This document shows, one piece after another, positions 48,501 to 57,447 of a stretch of 64,000 nt of DNA. A model generated the notes under the pieces. That model did not search any database, was not told where the DNA came from, and saw only the letters and a program-made list of their open reading frames with translations. The stretch is from an uncultured bacterium (GTDB lineage: Bacteria > Patescibacteriota > Microgenomatia > Levybacterales > UBA12049), in assembly GCA_963826535.1 (NCBI GenBank), contig CAWGXL010000010.1, forward strand, positions 42,814 to 106,813, in the 5' to 3' direction. How positions within the stretch are numbered: the first letter of the stretch is position 1; each line of letters begins with the position of its first letter. Both the position numbers and the translations under genes were made by a program.

Positions 48501-48797
48501 ATTGACAAGTCGTCAACGCCAGAATCTCAACAGGAACTATCACGTTTTATTGAACAACTAAAAGATTCAACAGCCCAAACCCGCTTACATACACATCAAA
48601 TTGATGCTATTATTCGGGAAGGGAAAGGCGGCGCTCATGTTGACCCGACAATTATTATAGCTAATTTAAGACCATGGATTAAGAAACAATTATCTCAACT
48701 TGAGAAATATTCATCCGTTGATCTTCTTAATCGCCGTCATGAACGAATAGAGCGCACGAATAACACAGTCACTGTTGAAGCATCAAATTTGTTATGA
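45582..48797 (+). CDS. Fused biotin carboxylase - carboxyltransferase (AccC-like N-terminus + AccD/AccA-like C-terminus), 1071 aa
   Basis: N-terminal ATP-grasp biotin carboxylase (KLFIANRGEIAVRAARACEK, ...FMEVNPRIQVEHGVTE); C-terminal crotonase-fold CT motifs (SGGARQHENTMSLFQMGAT; GDTLGADCLPDSEDRNQSHKIAHVIKAL). Confidence 0.75.
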   Translation: MTIKKLFIANRGEIAVRAARACEKRKIQAVIPYSFSDSQSLATRIADRNSDKGWELAVLGGVSSEETYANPKKMLQTALLHRCDAIFLGYGFLSENAEFVRACETAGLKVLSTSPTSMEMVGNKISAREIAKKIKIGAFATIPILQGSGNLQTFEETVKAAQDLGFPVMMKDPDKGGGMGNIVANNEAELQQAYTTLRMNRSNTGLFLERYIRRAVHVEVQILADTHGNVVHLGERDCTMQRLSQKLVEESPSPHISKHIREIIQSTSVDFAKHVGYRGAGTWEFIVDLDKKGRHGPAWYFMEVNPRIQVEHGVTEQQTGIDIVNTMIDIAEGKKLPFTQDQIKPEGHTIEVRVYAEKPEEGFKQSFGRLEVLKYPTLKGVRIDKGCEQGDEISPWFDPTICKLIAHGTTREEARHRLSLALLNLDIVGVQNNRDFLMELLNTEEFRGASATTSFVEIWWQKQLQVKIYALGGLVKRGTFTPQPSRRTFKPMLLPQQVSVPSRKSSDLVSYSQYYELQQTKSGQNSAAEFGIAERDGIQFVLYELDDRFAAGTLGVAEGIAFVDACRLANTNNLPLVTISRSGGARQHENTMSLFQMGATINALNKYPPLFHINIYSGGVYGGVPASFAGVADIQIAVNVKETKIGFTGPYITAKTLGKQPKSFSASDSYQELPEGTHTPLHAFQTRNIDILAASLEEASDKITHLLHILKIPSTVTDPNKVFAVYEHIGFQQMPGTGQRFDRPGIGVFVWLRNKIGSLLWKQHKPVANGNKNSNSYPPLSITNRRKVLMHVNRPTAADLIDKNAGIFDDTIALTSVLHIDGAEQYPPIIAAVAKLGDRTVFILGQQTQRVIDEKSGKKVKVYDPQKPADWEYTERMIAIADRLHLPIILIGDTLGADCLPDSEDRNQSHKIAHVIKALDSYPYPVISVNIGFKGSGGGETFIRPFDAAADFENSLSFVSDPMVQYWILTGRWIDKSSTPESQQELSRFIEQLKDSTAQTRLHTHQIDAIIREGKGGAHVDPTIIIANLRPWIKKQLSQLEKYSSVDLLNRRHERIERTNNTVTVEASNLL

Positions 48798-49852
48798 ATC
48801 AGGCCGTTAAACCAATAAATTTTGGAACAGGCATATATTTACCGGAACTAGTTCTCGATAATGCGGAGCTTGAGCGTAGAAAGATAATTCTCCGCAGCGG
48901 AAACCAACTGCGCGCCACACAAATCCTCGCAAAAATAGGTGTTGAGAGACGCCATATTGCACCCGACAATCAAACAGTAGCCGATATGGGCTACTTAGCC
49001 GCCAATGAAGCATTGTCAGATAATAAAAAAATAGATCTGGTTATGGCCTCTTCAAGTCATCCTACTTCCTATCATGTGGCAGGTAGTATCGCGAAGCGCT
49101 TAAATTTAAACAAACCAGCGGTTTTGGATATTCATGCAGCTTGTTCCGGTTCCGCGCTTATGTTCGCCTATATTTTAGAAAAGCAAAAAGAGTTACAAGG
49201 TAAAAGGGTCATATTAGTGGCAACTGAAAAATTTAGTACGTCTGTTGTTAATTTATCACATCCCAATGCCTTGAGCCTTGATTCATCTCTTGGCCAAACT
49301 ATTTTCGGTGACGGCGCCGCGGCAGTACAATTCATAGTAGGAAAGGATATAATAATTCATCATGCAATTAACAAAGCCCTTCCTGATTTGAGCGGTATAA
49401 CAGACTTGATTTTAATGGCAATGGGTGAAAATAAATTTATCGAACCATGCTTAGTCTATCCAGTAGCTGTTTCCCCCTTAAACGAAGACTTTAAACTTGG
49501 CTATTTTACTCAGAACGGTCCCCGGGTTTTTGAGGATGTCCAAAACTCTATTCCCGTATTTATACGCGAAGCAGTGCAAGAAGCAGGATTTAAACCCAAA
49601 GACATTGATTTAGTCGTTCTGCACCCGGGCAGCAAGCGATTAGTCGAAGCTTTGAGAGAGCGTCTCGCGCCCGAATTCCAAGTATATTCCGATTACGCAG
49701 ACGCAAACATGTCCTCAGTTTCCTTATTATATTCTTTTATCAAGGCCTTGCGTGATAACCGTATCGGACGAGGAAGCAAAATAGTCCTAGCCGGCTTCGG
49801 CGCCGGCAGCCCGGATCTATATTCCTCTACTGTGGTAATTGAATTAAAGTAA
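48794..49852 (+). CDS. 3-oxoacyl-ACP synthase III-like (FabH/CHS-like condensing enzyme)
   Basis: Thiolase-fold KAS III pattern with active Cys in HAACSGSALMFAYI; overlaps the upstream gene by 4 nt. Confidence 0.6.
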   Translation: MNQAVKPINFGTGIYLPELVLDNAELERRKIILRSGNQLRATQILAKIGVERRHIAPDNQTVADMGYLAANEALSDNKKIDLVMASSSHPTSYHVAGSIAKRLNLNKPAVLDIHAACSGSALMFAYILEKQKELQGKRVILVATEKFSTSVVNLSHPNALSLDSSLGQTIFGDGAAAVQFIVGKDIIIHHAINKALPDLSGITDLILMAMGENKFIEPCLVYPVAVSPLNEDFKLGYFTQNGPRVFEDVQNSIPVFIREAVQEAGFKPKDIDLVVLHPGSKRLVEALRERLAPEFQVYSDYADANMSSVSLLYSFIKALRDNRIGRGSKIVLAGFGAGSPDLYSSTVVIELK

Positions 49853-49866
49853 TATTTTGCTATTAT

Positions 49867-50328
49867 CTAATTGGTTTGTTTCTCGAGTTTTTTTAAACGC
49901 TTCTCGTGATTGTCTATTCGCGTTTCTATTTCTTTTTTCTCATGTTTCTCAAACAATCTATCCTCGCGTAGCTGAGCTAACTCTCCAACAACTTGATCCA
50001 TTTTAGTAAGTATTTCATCACGGTACCCTCGTGCCTTATCATCAATATCCATTTTTGTTTTTTCCAGCATCATCTCCACTTTTATAGTAGTTGGATAATT
50101 GCTTAGCTCCTTTTTAAGGTCATCCTTTGTTGGATAATTGCTCAACTCTTTCTTAAGGTCATCTTTAGTTGGGTAATTACTTAGTGTCTTCTTAAGATCG
50201 TCTTTAGTAGCATATTTGGCTAATTCTTTCTTAAGTTCTTCACGAAGAATGCTTTTTGTAACAACAGGATCGTTAGTTGTAATTTGTTTCATAACAAAAA
50301 GTATAATAAGTTGAGAGAGAAAAAACAA
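49867..50328 (-). CDS. Coiled-coil protein with tandem 13-aa repeats (YPTKDDLKKELSN x3-4)
   Basis: Encoded by four 39-bp tandem DNA repeats at ~50089-50244. Confidence 0.5.
   Translation of the reverse strand: MFFLSQLIILFVMKQITTNDPVVTKSILREELKKELAKYATKDDLKKTLSNYPTKDDLKKELSNYPTKDDLKKELSNYPTTIKVEMMLEKTKMDIDDKARGYRDEILTKMDQVVGELAQLREDRLFEKHEKKEIETRIDNHEKRLKKLEKQTN
50089..50244. repeat. 4 x 39-bp tandem repeat within CDS
   Basis: gttggataattgcttagctcctttttaaggtcatccttt / gttggataattgctcaactctttcttaaggtcatcttta / gttgggtaattacttagtgtcttcttaagatcgtcttta / gtagcatatttggctaattctttcttaagttcttcacga. Confidence 0.7.
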
Positions 50329-50469
50329 TAGAACAAACTATAACAATACTAGCTTCACTCCGCCCGTCACTGTTTACGGTATTGTCACACATTGTCTGAC
50401 TAAGCATTGAAAACGATTTACTCTGATTTGAAATTATAATATTTATTTGCTTTATGTTAAAATAATGCA

Positions 50470-52122
50470 GTGATAAAACCACTTTCAAAGAGTACTGTTG
50501 TTGTCACCGGCGGCAGCCGTGATATTGGCGGAGGGATTGTACTTGAACTTGCAAAAGCAGGTGCTAAAGTAGAGGCAGTTTTCCGCTCACATGAACAACG
50601 GGCGCAAAAAATTGCGGGTGTTGCTAAAAAATCCGGGCAGGAAATCATTTTAGTTCAGGCAGATTTGACTACGGATTCCGGACGCGAAACTGTATTTAAT
50701 AGTTGGAATGAGAAATTCGGAAACAATATTGATATTTTGGTTCTCTGTGCATCTGGTGCGACAATGGAAATCAATGTTGATGCGAATATGGCGCTCATAG
50801 ATAAATTTCTCGCCCTAAGAAAAGAGCGAATAAAAAATGGTGAAACTTTATCAACTGGCACAATTATTTTCCTTCAAAGCGAACCCGGGCATTATCACCG
50901 TGTCATTGACGGTGTTTTTGATTTTCTTGAATATTATCGCACAAAAGTAGGACCTGCCAAACGGGCAGGAGAAGACGCGTTTAAGCAGAGGCACGCGGCT
51001 ATGGACGAGGTAAATGTGCGCGGGATTGTCGTCTGTCCACCTGAAGTAACAGACACATTTAATATGAAATTATTTGAGCTCCAAAATAAAGAAGCAAGAG
51101 AAAAAAGCCGCGAATTGTCAGCTATGCTCGGAACCCAATCTTTCGTTACCATTGCGACTGTTGCAATGACTGTAAAAGAAATTATACAAGACGCGGGTAT
51201 GCAAAACGGAAGTATTAAATTGTTTGGAAATGTCACAGACGGTCTTACAGCTCTTAGCTCAATTTATGGTGATGAAGCAATTTATGTGCACACATTTGAG
51301 AAAGTGGGTGAGCATAAAGGAGAAGGTCGTGTAATTGTCAATCCAAAACTTTGGAAACGGGATAAAGAACCCTCGTTCGCCGGAGAAATTAAAAGCAAGA
51401 CAAGTGACCAAATTATTTCATCTCTTACATTATCAAAAGATCATATGAAGGGACATTTCCGTTCAGATATTGTCTCTCTTTTTCCAGGACACAAATCAAT
51501 TCGCACAGCAGCTATCACGCTTGGCCGGTTTTTAACAACAGACGCAGAGTTTGATCCAAAGCAAATATATTTAACCCAATATAAATCAGTAAAATTCCGT
51601 AGCCCCGTACTGCCGGGACAAACACTCACCTCCAAAGTTACTTTAGCGGAGAAGTCAGACGTTGAGGTAACAGGAGACGCTGTTCAGGAAAATATTGATA
51701 AAGAAAGTATGGATATCCGTGGAATGGTTGTTAAGCGCGTATTAAATAAGGAGGATGAAAGCGTTCTACTATTAGATCAATTGGTTGAATCAGCAGCACA
51801 AACCGTTGGCATGTATTTATTAGTGAGCTTGCAAAATGAACAAGTTCTCCCTCTTTTTCATAGCACAGGCAATGCTGAGCTTATTAAGAATGTGCAGCCC
51901 GGAGATAATCTACTTATAAAAGCTAATAATGTAAAAATATCAAAAATGGGTTCAATGAACGTATTCTCAACAGATTTGGAAATAACCAGAGCAATTATTG
52001 GTGTTGTTTCTGAAAAAAATGAGAAAGTTCAGAAAGTCGTTAGGGAAGAACTGATAGCTACAATTAAGAGCCTTCAGGGATTACTACTGCCAAAAGAAGA
52101 AGCGCTTAAAAAATTGACTTAA
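50470..52122 (+). CDS. SDR-like Rossmann domain fused to a C-terminal hotdog-like domain (putative reductase/dehydratase of the fatty-acyl locus)
   Basis: N-terminal VVVTGGSRDIGGGIVLELAKAGAKV; the ~250-aa C-terminus has a hotdog-like composition; the domain assignment of the C-terminus is tentative. Confidence 0.4.
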   Translation: MIKPLSKSTVVVTGGSRDIGGGIVLELAKAGAKVEAVFRSHEQRAQKIAGVAKKSGQEIILVQADLTTDSGRETVFNSWNEKFGNNIDILVLCASGATMEINVDANMALIDKFLALRKERIKNGETLSTGTIIFLQSEPGHYHRVIDGVFDFLEYYRTKVGPAKRAGEDAFKQRHAAMDEVNVRGIVVCPPEVTDTFNMKLFELQNKEAREKSRELSAMLGTQSFVTIATVAMTVKEIIQDAGMQNGSIKLFGNVTDGLTALSSIYGDEAIYVHTFEKVGEHKGEGRVIVNPKLWKRDKEPSFAGEIKSKTSDQIISSLTLSKDHMKGHFRSDIVSLFPGHKSIRTAAITLGRFLTTDAEFDPKQIYLTQYKSVKFRSPVLPGQTLTSKVTLAEKSDVEVTGDAVQENIDKESMDIRGMVVKRVLNKEDESVLLLDQLVESAAQTVGMYLLVSLQNEQVLPLFHSTGNAELIKNVQPGDNLLIKANNVKISKMGSMNVFSTDLEITRAIIGVVSEKNEKVQKVVREELIATIKSLQGLLLPKEEALKKLT

Positions 52123-52124
52123 AA

Positions 52125-53633
52125 ATGAAGAGAATAATACCCTCCACCATGGCATCTCAACACCCCGATCATGCGAACATTCCCTACTGGCACAACAAAG
52201 AATTCATCACCGCCCAACACGAACACAAAGAATGTTACCTCATGTATTCAGATTTGGGAATCCAGGAATACAAATGGGATTGGGAAGGAAAAATTGTAGA
52301 TGAATCCATTATGGAAAGATTACTAAGTCTTTATTATGATTATTTTAGAGCTAATCCGCTTGGAAAAGAAAAATTTCTCACTTTTAGATTGCCTAATCCT
52401 AAAGCTGAGACAGAATTCCGCCTGGCTCGGGCTTTCATGGGAATTCTAAGCGCTGCGTCCTTGACCAAGCAAGTCGGCTTGCACACTCCACCCCTATTTG
52501 AAGTAATTCTGCCCATGACCGAAAGCGCCGCTGAAATGATTGCGATCCAAGAGGCATTCCAGGAAATCACACAGCTAAAACACGAACTTTACCGCTTTGA
52601 AACCAATACATTAAAAAACATAGAAGTAATTCCACTCTTCGAACAAGTGTCAACCATAATTAACTCCGATCAAATACTTAAAGACTATGTAGCTATGCAT
52701 ATCCAAAAATTCAAAAAAGTACCTGCATATTTACGGCCATACGTTGCCCGTTCTGACCCGACATTAAATTCGAGCTTAGTTCCCACAGTCCTCGCGATAA
52801 AAATAGCATTATCGCGCTACAAACTATTTACCCAAGAGTCAGGAATCCCGCTATACCCAATCATTGGCTCAGCCTCACTTCCATTTCGCGGAGGACTGAC
52901 TCCGCATACTGTTAATCAATTTATTAAAGAATATCAAGGCATAAAAACCGCCTTAATTCAAAGCGCGTTCCGTTATGATTACGACAAATTAGATGTTAAG
53001 AAGGCAATAAAAACTCTAAATAATTCACTCCCGGCTGGCCTTGCTGCCGAGATAACAACGAAGGAAGAAAAAGACCTGATATCGATTATTTCTTTCTTTG
53101 AACTTCCATATAAAAAAGTTATTGAAGAAATAGCCCCCATAATCAATAAAATCGCATCATCGCTTCCCCCAAGGCGAGAAAGAGTCCAGCACACCGGCTT
53201 ATTTGGTTATTCCAGAGGCATGGGGAAAGTAACACTCCCGCGGGCGATCTCGTTTACAGGATCCCTATATTCAATCGGCATCCCTCCGGAGTTAATCGGT
53301 ACCGGACACGGAATTAAAAAAACTATAGAGGCAGGCAAAATAGATCTCTTGGAAAAATTCTATATTAATTTAAAACAAGATCTAATCACCTCAGGTAAGT
53401 TCCTCAACAAAAAATTACTAAAAACACTCGCTATTCAATATCCTATATTTAAAGATGTCATTGATGACATAAAATATATAGAAGAGTACCTCGGAACCGA
53501 ATTAGGCCCGGAAAGCCCCGAAGAAAAAGAACATTCCAAACTCACGGAAAAAATATATAAAGGCTTCACACAAGACAATATCCCCCAAGATATTCTAACC
53601 CGCGCAGCAGTTCTCCGAAAAAGCATGGGTTAG
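52125..53633 (+). CDS. ppcA: Archaeal-type phosphoenolpyruvate carboxylase (PpcA family)
   Basis: N-terminal IPSTMASQHPDHANIPYWH matches the archaeal-type PEPC start (IP..MSTQHPDN) and the ~500-aa length. Confidence 0.6.
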   Translation: MKRIIPSTMASQHPDHANIPYWHNKEFITAQHEHKECYLMYSDLGIQEYKWDWEGKIVDESIMERLLSLYYDYFRANPLGKEKFLTFRLPNPKAETEFRLARAFMGILSAASLTKQVGLHTPPLFEVILPMTESAAEMIAIQEAFQEITQLKHELYRFETNTLKNIEVIPLFEQVSTIINSDQILKDYVAMHIQKFKKVPAYLRPYVARSDPTLNSSLVPTVLAIKIALSRYKLFTQESGIPLYPIIGSASLPFRGGLTPHTVNQFIKEYQGIKTALIQSAFRYDYDKLDVKKAIKTLNNSLPAGLAAEITTKEEKDLISIISFFELPYKKVIEEIAPIINKIASSLPPRRERVQHTGLFGYSRGMGKVTLPRAISFTGSLYSIGIPPELIGTGHGIKKTIEAGKIDLLEKFYINLKQDLITSGKFLNKKLLKTLAIQYPIFKDVIDDIKYIEEYLGTELGPESPEEKEHSKLTEKIYKGFTQDNIPQDILTRAAVLRKSMG

Positions 53634-53692
53634 AAATATCCAGAAATTTCTTACCCTTATAGAGTCTCAATATTGCTTGCTAAGAGTAGGGT

Positions 53693-53959
53693 GTGTATAA
53701 TAACACTATGATTAAACGTAAGGTTCTGCAATATACAGTTTTTTATACACCTGAACCAGAGGGAGGATTTACAGTTACTGTTCCATTCCTCCCCGGGTGT
53801 GTTACTTATGGGAAAAACTTGCAGGATGCAAAAAAAATGGCTGAAGATGCAATTCAACTTTATGTTAAAAGTTTACAAAAACACAATGAGCCAATTCCCA
53901 CAGAAGAAAATTCCTTCATCAGCTCTGTGAATTTGGAGACCCCTGCAACGCATGCCTAA
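53693..53959 (+). CDS. hicB: HicB-family antitoxin (UPF0150)
   Basis: YTVFYTPEPEGGFTVTVPFLPGCVTYGKNLQDAKKMAEDAIQLY: classic HicB/UPF0150 N-terminal domain. Confidence 0.7.
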   Translation: MYNNTMIKRKVLQYTVFYTPEPEGGFTVTVPFLPGCVTYGKNLQDAKKMAEDAIQLYVKSLQKHNEPIPTEENSFISSVNLETPATHA

Positions 53960-54167
53960 AACATACAAACCAAAAGAAGTTTTGAGGAAGTATAAAAAGC
54001 TCGGGTTCGAGGAGGATAGACAAAGCGGAAGCCATAAAATTTTGTATCATCCAACTACTAAGAAAAGGGCGGTTATTCCACATCATCTAAAAGAAATTGC
54101 CAAAGGAACATTGTCTGCAATTCTACGTGAATCGCAGGTTTCAAGAGAAGAATTCGAAAATGCGTGA
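53952..54167 (+). CDS. hicA: HicA-family toxin
   Basis: LRKYKKLGFEEDRQSGSHKILYHP: HicA signature; overlaps hicB by 8 nt. Confidence 0.7.
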   Translation: MPKTYKPKEVLRKYKKLGFEEDRQSGSHKILYHPTTKKRAVIPHHLKEIAKGTLSAILRESQVSREEFENA

Positions 54168-54192
54168 GGTAATCTAATGTTCTTATAAATAA

Positions 54193-55491
54193 TTAGACAC
54201 TTGTTTTTGAACTAAAAGGCTTTTTTCCGGCAAAACTCGCTTTGTCTCCCAATAGTTCCTCTATCCGAAGCAGCTCATTGTATTTACAATTTCTCTCTGA
54301 TCGCGAAAGTGAACCTGTTTTAATTTGTCCTGACGACAATCCGACAGCTAAATGAGCAATAGTCGTATCCTCAGTTTCGCCGGAGCGGTGGGAAATTACA
54401 GTATTCCAGCCAAATCTTTGCGCCATTTCGCAAGCCTTCATAGTCTCCGTCAAAGTGCCAATTTGATTCGGCTTGATAAGAATTGCGTTTGCAGCTTTTA
54501 GCCCGATGGCTTTATCTAAAAATTTAATATTAGTCACCAACAAATCATCCCCGACAATCTGTTTTTCTTTTCCTAATTTTGCAGTCAACAATTCCCAACC
54601 CTTCCAGTCGTTCTGATCAAGAGGATCTTCAAGCGAAAGAATCGGAAATTTCTGTGTTAATTGAATTATCCAATCAACCATTTCTTCAGACGTAAGTTTT
54701 TTTCCGTCTTTTTTTAGAATATAATGTGTTCCGTCAAAAAATTCAGACGCAGCGGCATCAATCCCCAGAACAATATCTTTCCCCAATGAATATCCGGCTT
54801 TTTCAACTCCCTGCGCAATTAATTCAAATGCTTCTAAATTACCTCCTTTTACCTTTGGAGCAAACCCACCTTCATCTCCCACAGTTGTCTCATACCCTTT
54901 TTCATTAATAATTTTTCCTAGAAAATGAAAAACTTCCGCGCCCATTCGCACAGCATCAGAGAATGAGCTAGCACCTACCGGAAGTATCATATACTCCTGA
55001 ATATCTGTCGAAAAATTAGCATGTTTTCCCCCATTTATAATATTCATCATAGGAAGTGGAAGTATATAAGAAGATTTTTCATTTATCCCGGCTATATAGT
55101 CAAAAAGAGGTTTACCCATAACATTTGCACTTGCTTTAGCGACTGCAAGCGACACAGACAGGATAGCATTCGCGCCCAATTTTCCCTTATTTTCCGTACC
55201 ATCCAAATCAATCATTGCCTGATCTATCTTCTCTTGATCCTGTGCATCCAAACCAACCACTGCTTTGGTAATCGGGGCATTAACATTATCAACTGCCTTC
55301 ATAACACCCTGGCCGAGATATTTTTTCGGATCACCATCTCGCAGCTCAACTGCCTCATTTACTCCTGTAGATGCTCCTGATGGGACAGCAGCTCGCCCAA
55401 TAACACCATTCTCAAGCTCCACATCGCATTCAACCGTAGGATTCCCCCGTGAATCCAGTATCTGTCTCGCATGTATTTTTTTTATTATCAT
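54193..55491 (-). CDS. eno: Enolase
   Basis: [21 protein letters not shown]...; 432 aa; catalytic-loop motifs SHRSGETED and KxNQIGT. Confidence 0.9.
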   Translation of the reverse strand: MIIKKIHARQILDSRGNPTVECDVELENGVIGRAAVPSGASTGVNEAVELRDGDPKKYLGQGVMKAVDNVNAPITKAVVGLDAQDQEKIDQAMIDLDGTENKGKLGANAILSVSLAVAKASANVMGKPLFDYIAGINEKSSYILPLPMMNIINGGKHANFSTDIQEYMILPVGASSFSDAVRMGAEVFHFLGKIINEKGYETTVGDEGGFAPKVKGGNLEAFELIAQGVEKAGYSLGKDIVLGIDAAASEFFDGTHYILKKDGKKLTSEEMVDWIIQLTQKFPILSLEDPLDQNDWKGWELLTAKLGKEKQIVGDDLLVTNIKFLDKAIGLKAANAILIKPNQIGTLTETMKACEMAQRFGWNTVISHRSGETEDTTIAHLAVGLSSGQIKTGSLSRSERNCKYNELLRIEELLGDKASFAGKKPFSSKTSV

Positions 55492-55778
55492 AAAAAGGAA
55501 AAGATAATTACAATTATTAATATAAAAATAAGTATATTAGAAATGCCTGCAAATAACCCAAAGTTGGACAATAGCCATATAACAAGGAGGATGATCGCCA
55601 AAGTACGAAAAATTCCGGGAAGAAAACCAATTACCCACACAATAAGTATTAAGATAAGGAGATTATATAAAGTAAACGGATGATTTAATATTGAAAAAAG
55701 CGAATAATTCAAAAACGGAATTTGAATAAAACCCAATAACCAAAAAATTATAAAGAGTACCAGGATCAACTGAACCAT
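55488..55778 (-). CDS. Hypothetical small membrane protein
   Basis: 96 aa, three hydrophobic segments; overlaps eno by 4 nt. Confidence 0.35.
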   Translation of the reverse strand: MVQLILVLFIIFWLLGFIQIPFLNYSLFSILNHPFTLYNLLILILIVWVIGFLPGIFRTLAIILLVIWLLSNFGLFAGISNILIFILIIVIIFSFL

Positions 55779-55854
55779 ATTATATATTTATTGTGGCAAC
55801 TTTTCATAAAAAAATCAAATCGCTCTGATAAAATAATACATGTTACGAAATACT

Positions 55855-55988
55855 TGTCATTCCGAGCGGAGCGATAGCGGAGTCGAGGCGACTCCACGAA
55901 GTGGATAGTGCCCTTGTGGTGAATCTCATACCACTGATATTTAAACATAAGATCCCTCCACTCGTCTGCGGACTCGGTCGGGATGACA
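55855..55988 (+). mobile_element. MITE-like repeat, type 1, copy D (longer variant)
   Basis: tgtcattccgagcggagcgatagcggagtcgaggcgactccacgaagtgg...gaatctcataccactg...gatccctccactcgtctgcggactcggtcgggatgaca. Confidence 0.7.
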
Positions 55989-56018
55989 GTGAGTAATATG
56001 AGATAATAAAAATCTATT

Positions 56019-56819
56019 ATGAGAAATAGACCAATTGGCATATTAGATTCCGGAATCGGAGGATTAACTGTTTTAAAAGAAATAGCCAAAGAATTACCAC
56101 AAGAATCTCTTATCTATATAGGCGATTCCCTAAATACACCATACGGAAACCGCTCCTCAGTAGAAATTTACAATCTCTCCAAAAAACTAGTTAATTTTTT
56201 GTTACAAAAAAAAGTAAAATTGATTGTTGTTGCCTGTAATACAATTACAGTAAATAGTATTAATGCCTTGAGAGCTGACTTTCCGGACATCCCATTTGTC
56301 GGCACTGTTCCGGTAGTTAAAACTGCCGCAGCCGTGACTAAAAATAAGAAGATTGGCATACTCTCTACCACACAAACAGCAACAAGCGAATATCAAAAAA
56401 AATTGATAAAAACATTTACAAATGGACATAAAGTCATAAATCTCGGAACTGACAAGCTAGTTCCACTTATCGAACAAGGAGAATTAACAGGCAAGAATAT
56501 TGAGGTAGAATTACTCAAAATATTATCAATATTTAAACAAGAAGATATTGATACTATCGCGCTTGGCTGCACGCATTTTGCATTTTTAAGAACACGGATA
56601 AAGCGAATATTAGGACCCAAGGTGCAAATACTTGACTCAGGTCCCGCAATAGCCAGACAAGTAAGACGAATTCTTCAAAATAACGAGGCTCTCAGCGCAA
56701 CAAAAAGTCCTGTCCATTCATTCTATATCACCAGTAATCCTGAATCTGCTCAAAAAACAGCTGCTCGATTCTTTGAAAATAAATTCCCCGGCAAACTCAA
56801 AAAAATAAAGCTAAGCTGA
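56019..56819 (+). CDS. murI: Glutamate racemase
   Basis: IGILDSGIGGLTVL and the second catalytic Cys in ALGCTHF; 266 aa. Confidence 0.8.
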   Translation: MRNRPIGILDSGIGGLTVLKEIAKELPQESLIYIGDSLNTPYGNRSSVEIYNLSKKLVNFLLQKKVKLIVVACNTITVNSINALRADFPDIPFVGTVPVVKTAAAVTKNKKIGILSTTQTATSEYQKKLIKTFTNGHKVINLGTDKLVPLIEQGELTGKNIEVELLKILSIFKQEDIDTIALGCTHFAFLRTRIKRILGPKVQILDSGPAIARQVRRILQNNEALSATKSPVHSFYITSNPESAQKTAARFFENKFPGKLKKIKLS

Positions 56820-56879
56820 AGCATAAATAAAGACCTATAGGTTATTGATATAGCCAATAATTATGGTATAATACCGTAT

Positions 56880-57368
56880 ATGCGCAGAGCTGAACAAGGC
56901 GGTACTCCTACTAGCCAAGACATATTTCAAAGTCCTTTGCGAAGGCGTATTCGACGCACACTTGCGGTAGTAGGTACCTTATCGGTATTAGGAGGGTGGG
57001 GGAGTGGAGCTTATACTGATTATATGAGTGGTGAAAAACAAGACGATATAAATCTAAAATACCCTAAACAAAGTGAGAAAATACTGATTTCTGCTCAAGT
57101 TACACTAGCCACGCACGTTAAGAAGGAATGTAAGGAGACAGTTGAGCCGAAATATAAAACAATAGTAGAAAACGCTCGAAACGTAATAGAACAAGAAAAA
57201 ACCAATAGGGACCAAAGAAACCATGAACTCGCCAAACTTTACGAAAGTAAGCCTGCTAGCCCTCTTGTAATTACTATATTTGGCATAGCAATGCTAGGAT
57301 TAGCAGGAATAGTTAGCAGGAAGGAGAATAACCTTACACATCTAAATCAACTAAGGCCACCCAAGTAG
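56880..57368 (+). CDS. Hypothetical membrane protein
   Basis: Two TM segments; start uncertain. Confidence 0.35.
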   Translation: MRRAEQGGTPTSQDIFQSPLRRRIRRTLAVVGTLSVLGGWGSGAYTDYMSGEKQDDINLKYPKQSEKILISAQVTLATHVKKECKETVEPKYKTIVENARNVIEQEKTNRDQRNHELAKLYESKPASPLVITIFGIAMLGLAGIVSRKENNLTHLNQLRPPK

Positions 57369-57447
57369 CCCTCTCTTTTAGCTTATTCGCTCAGTATTGA
57401 CAACAAGTTGAACCGCATGTAATACTGAACCATTACAAAACAAATCT

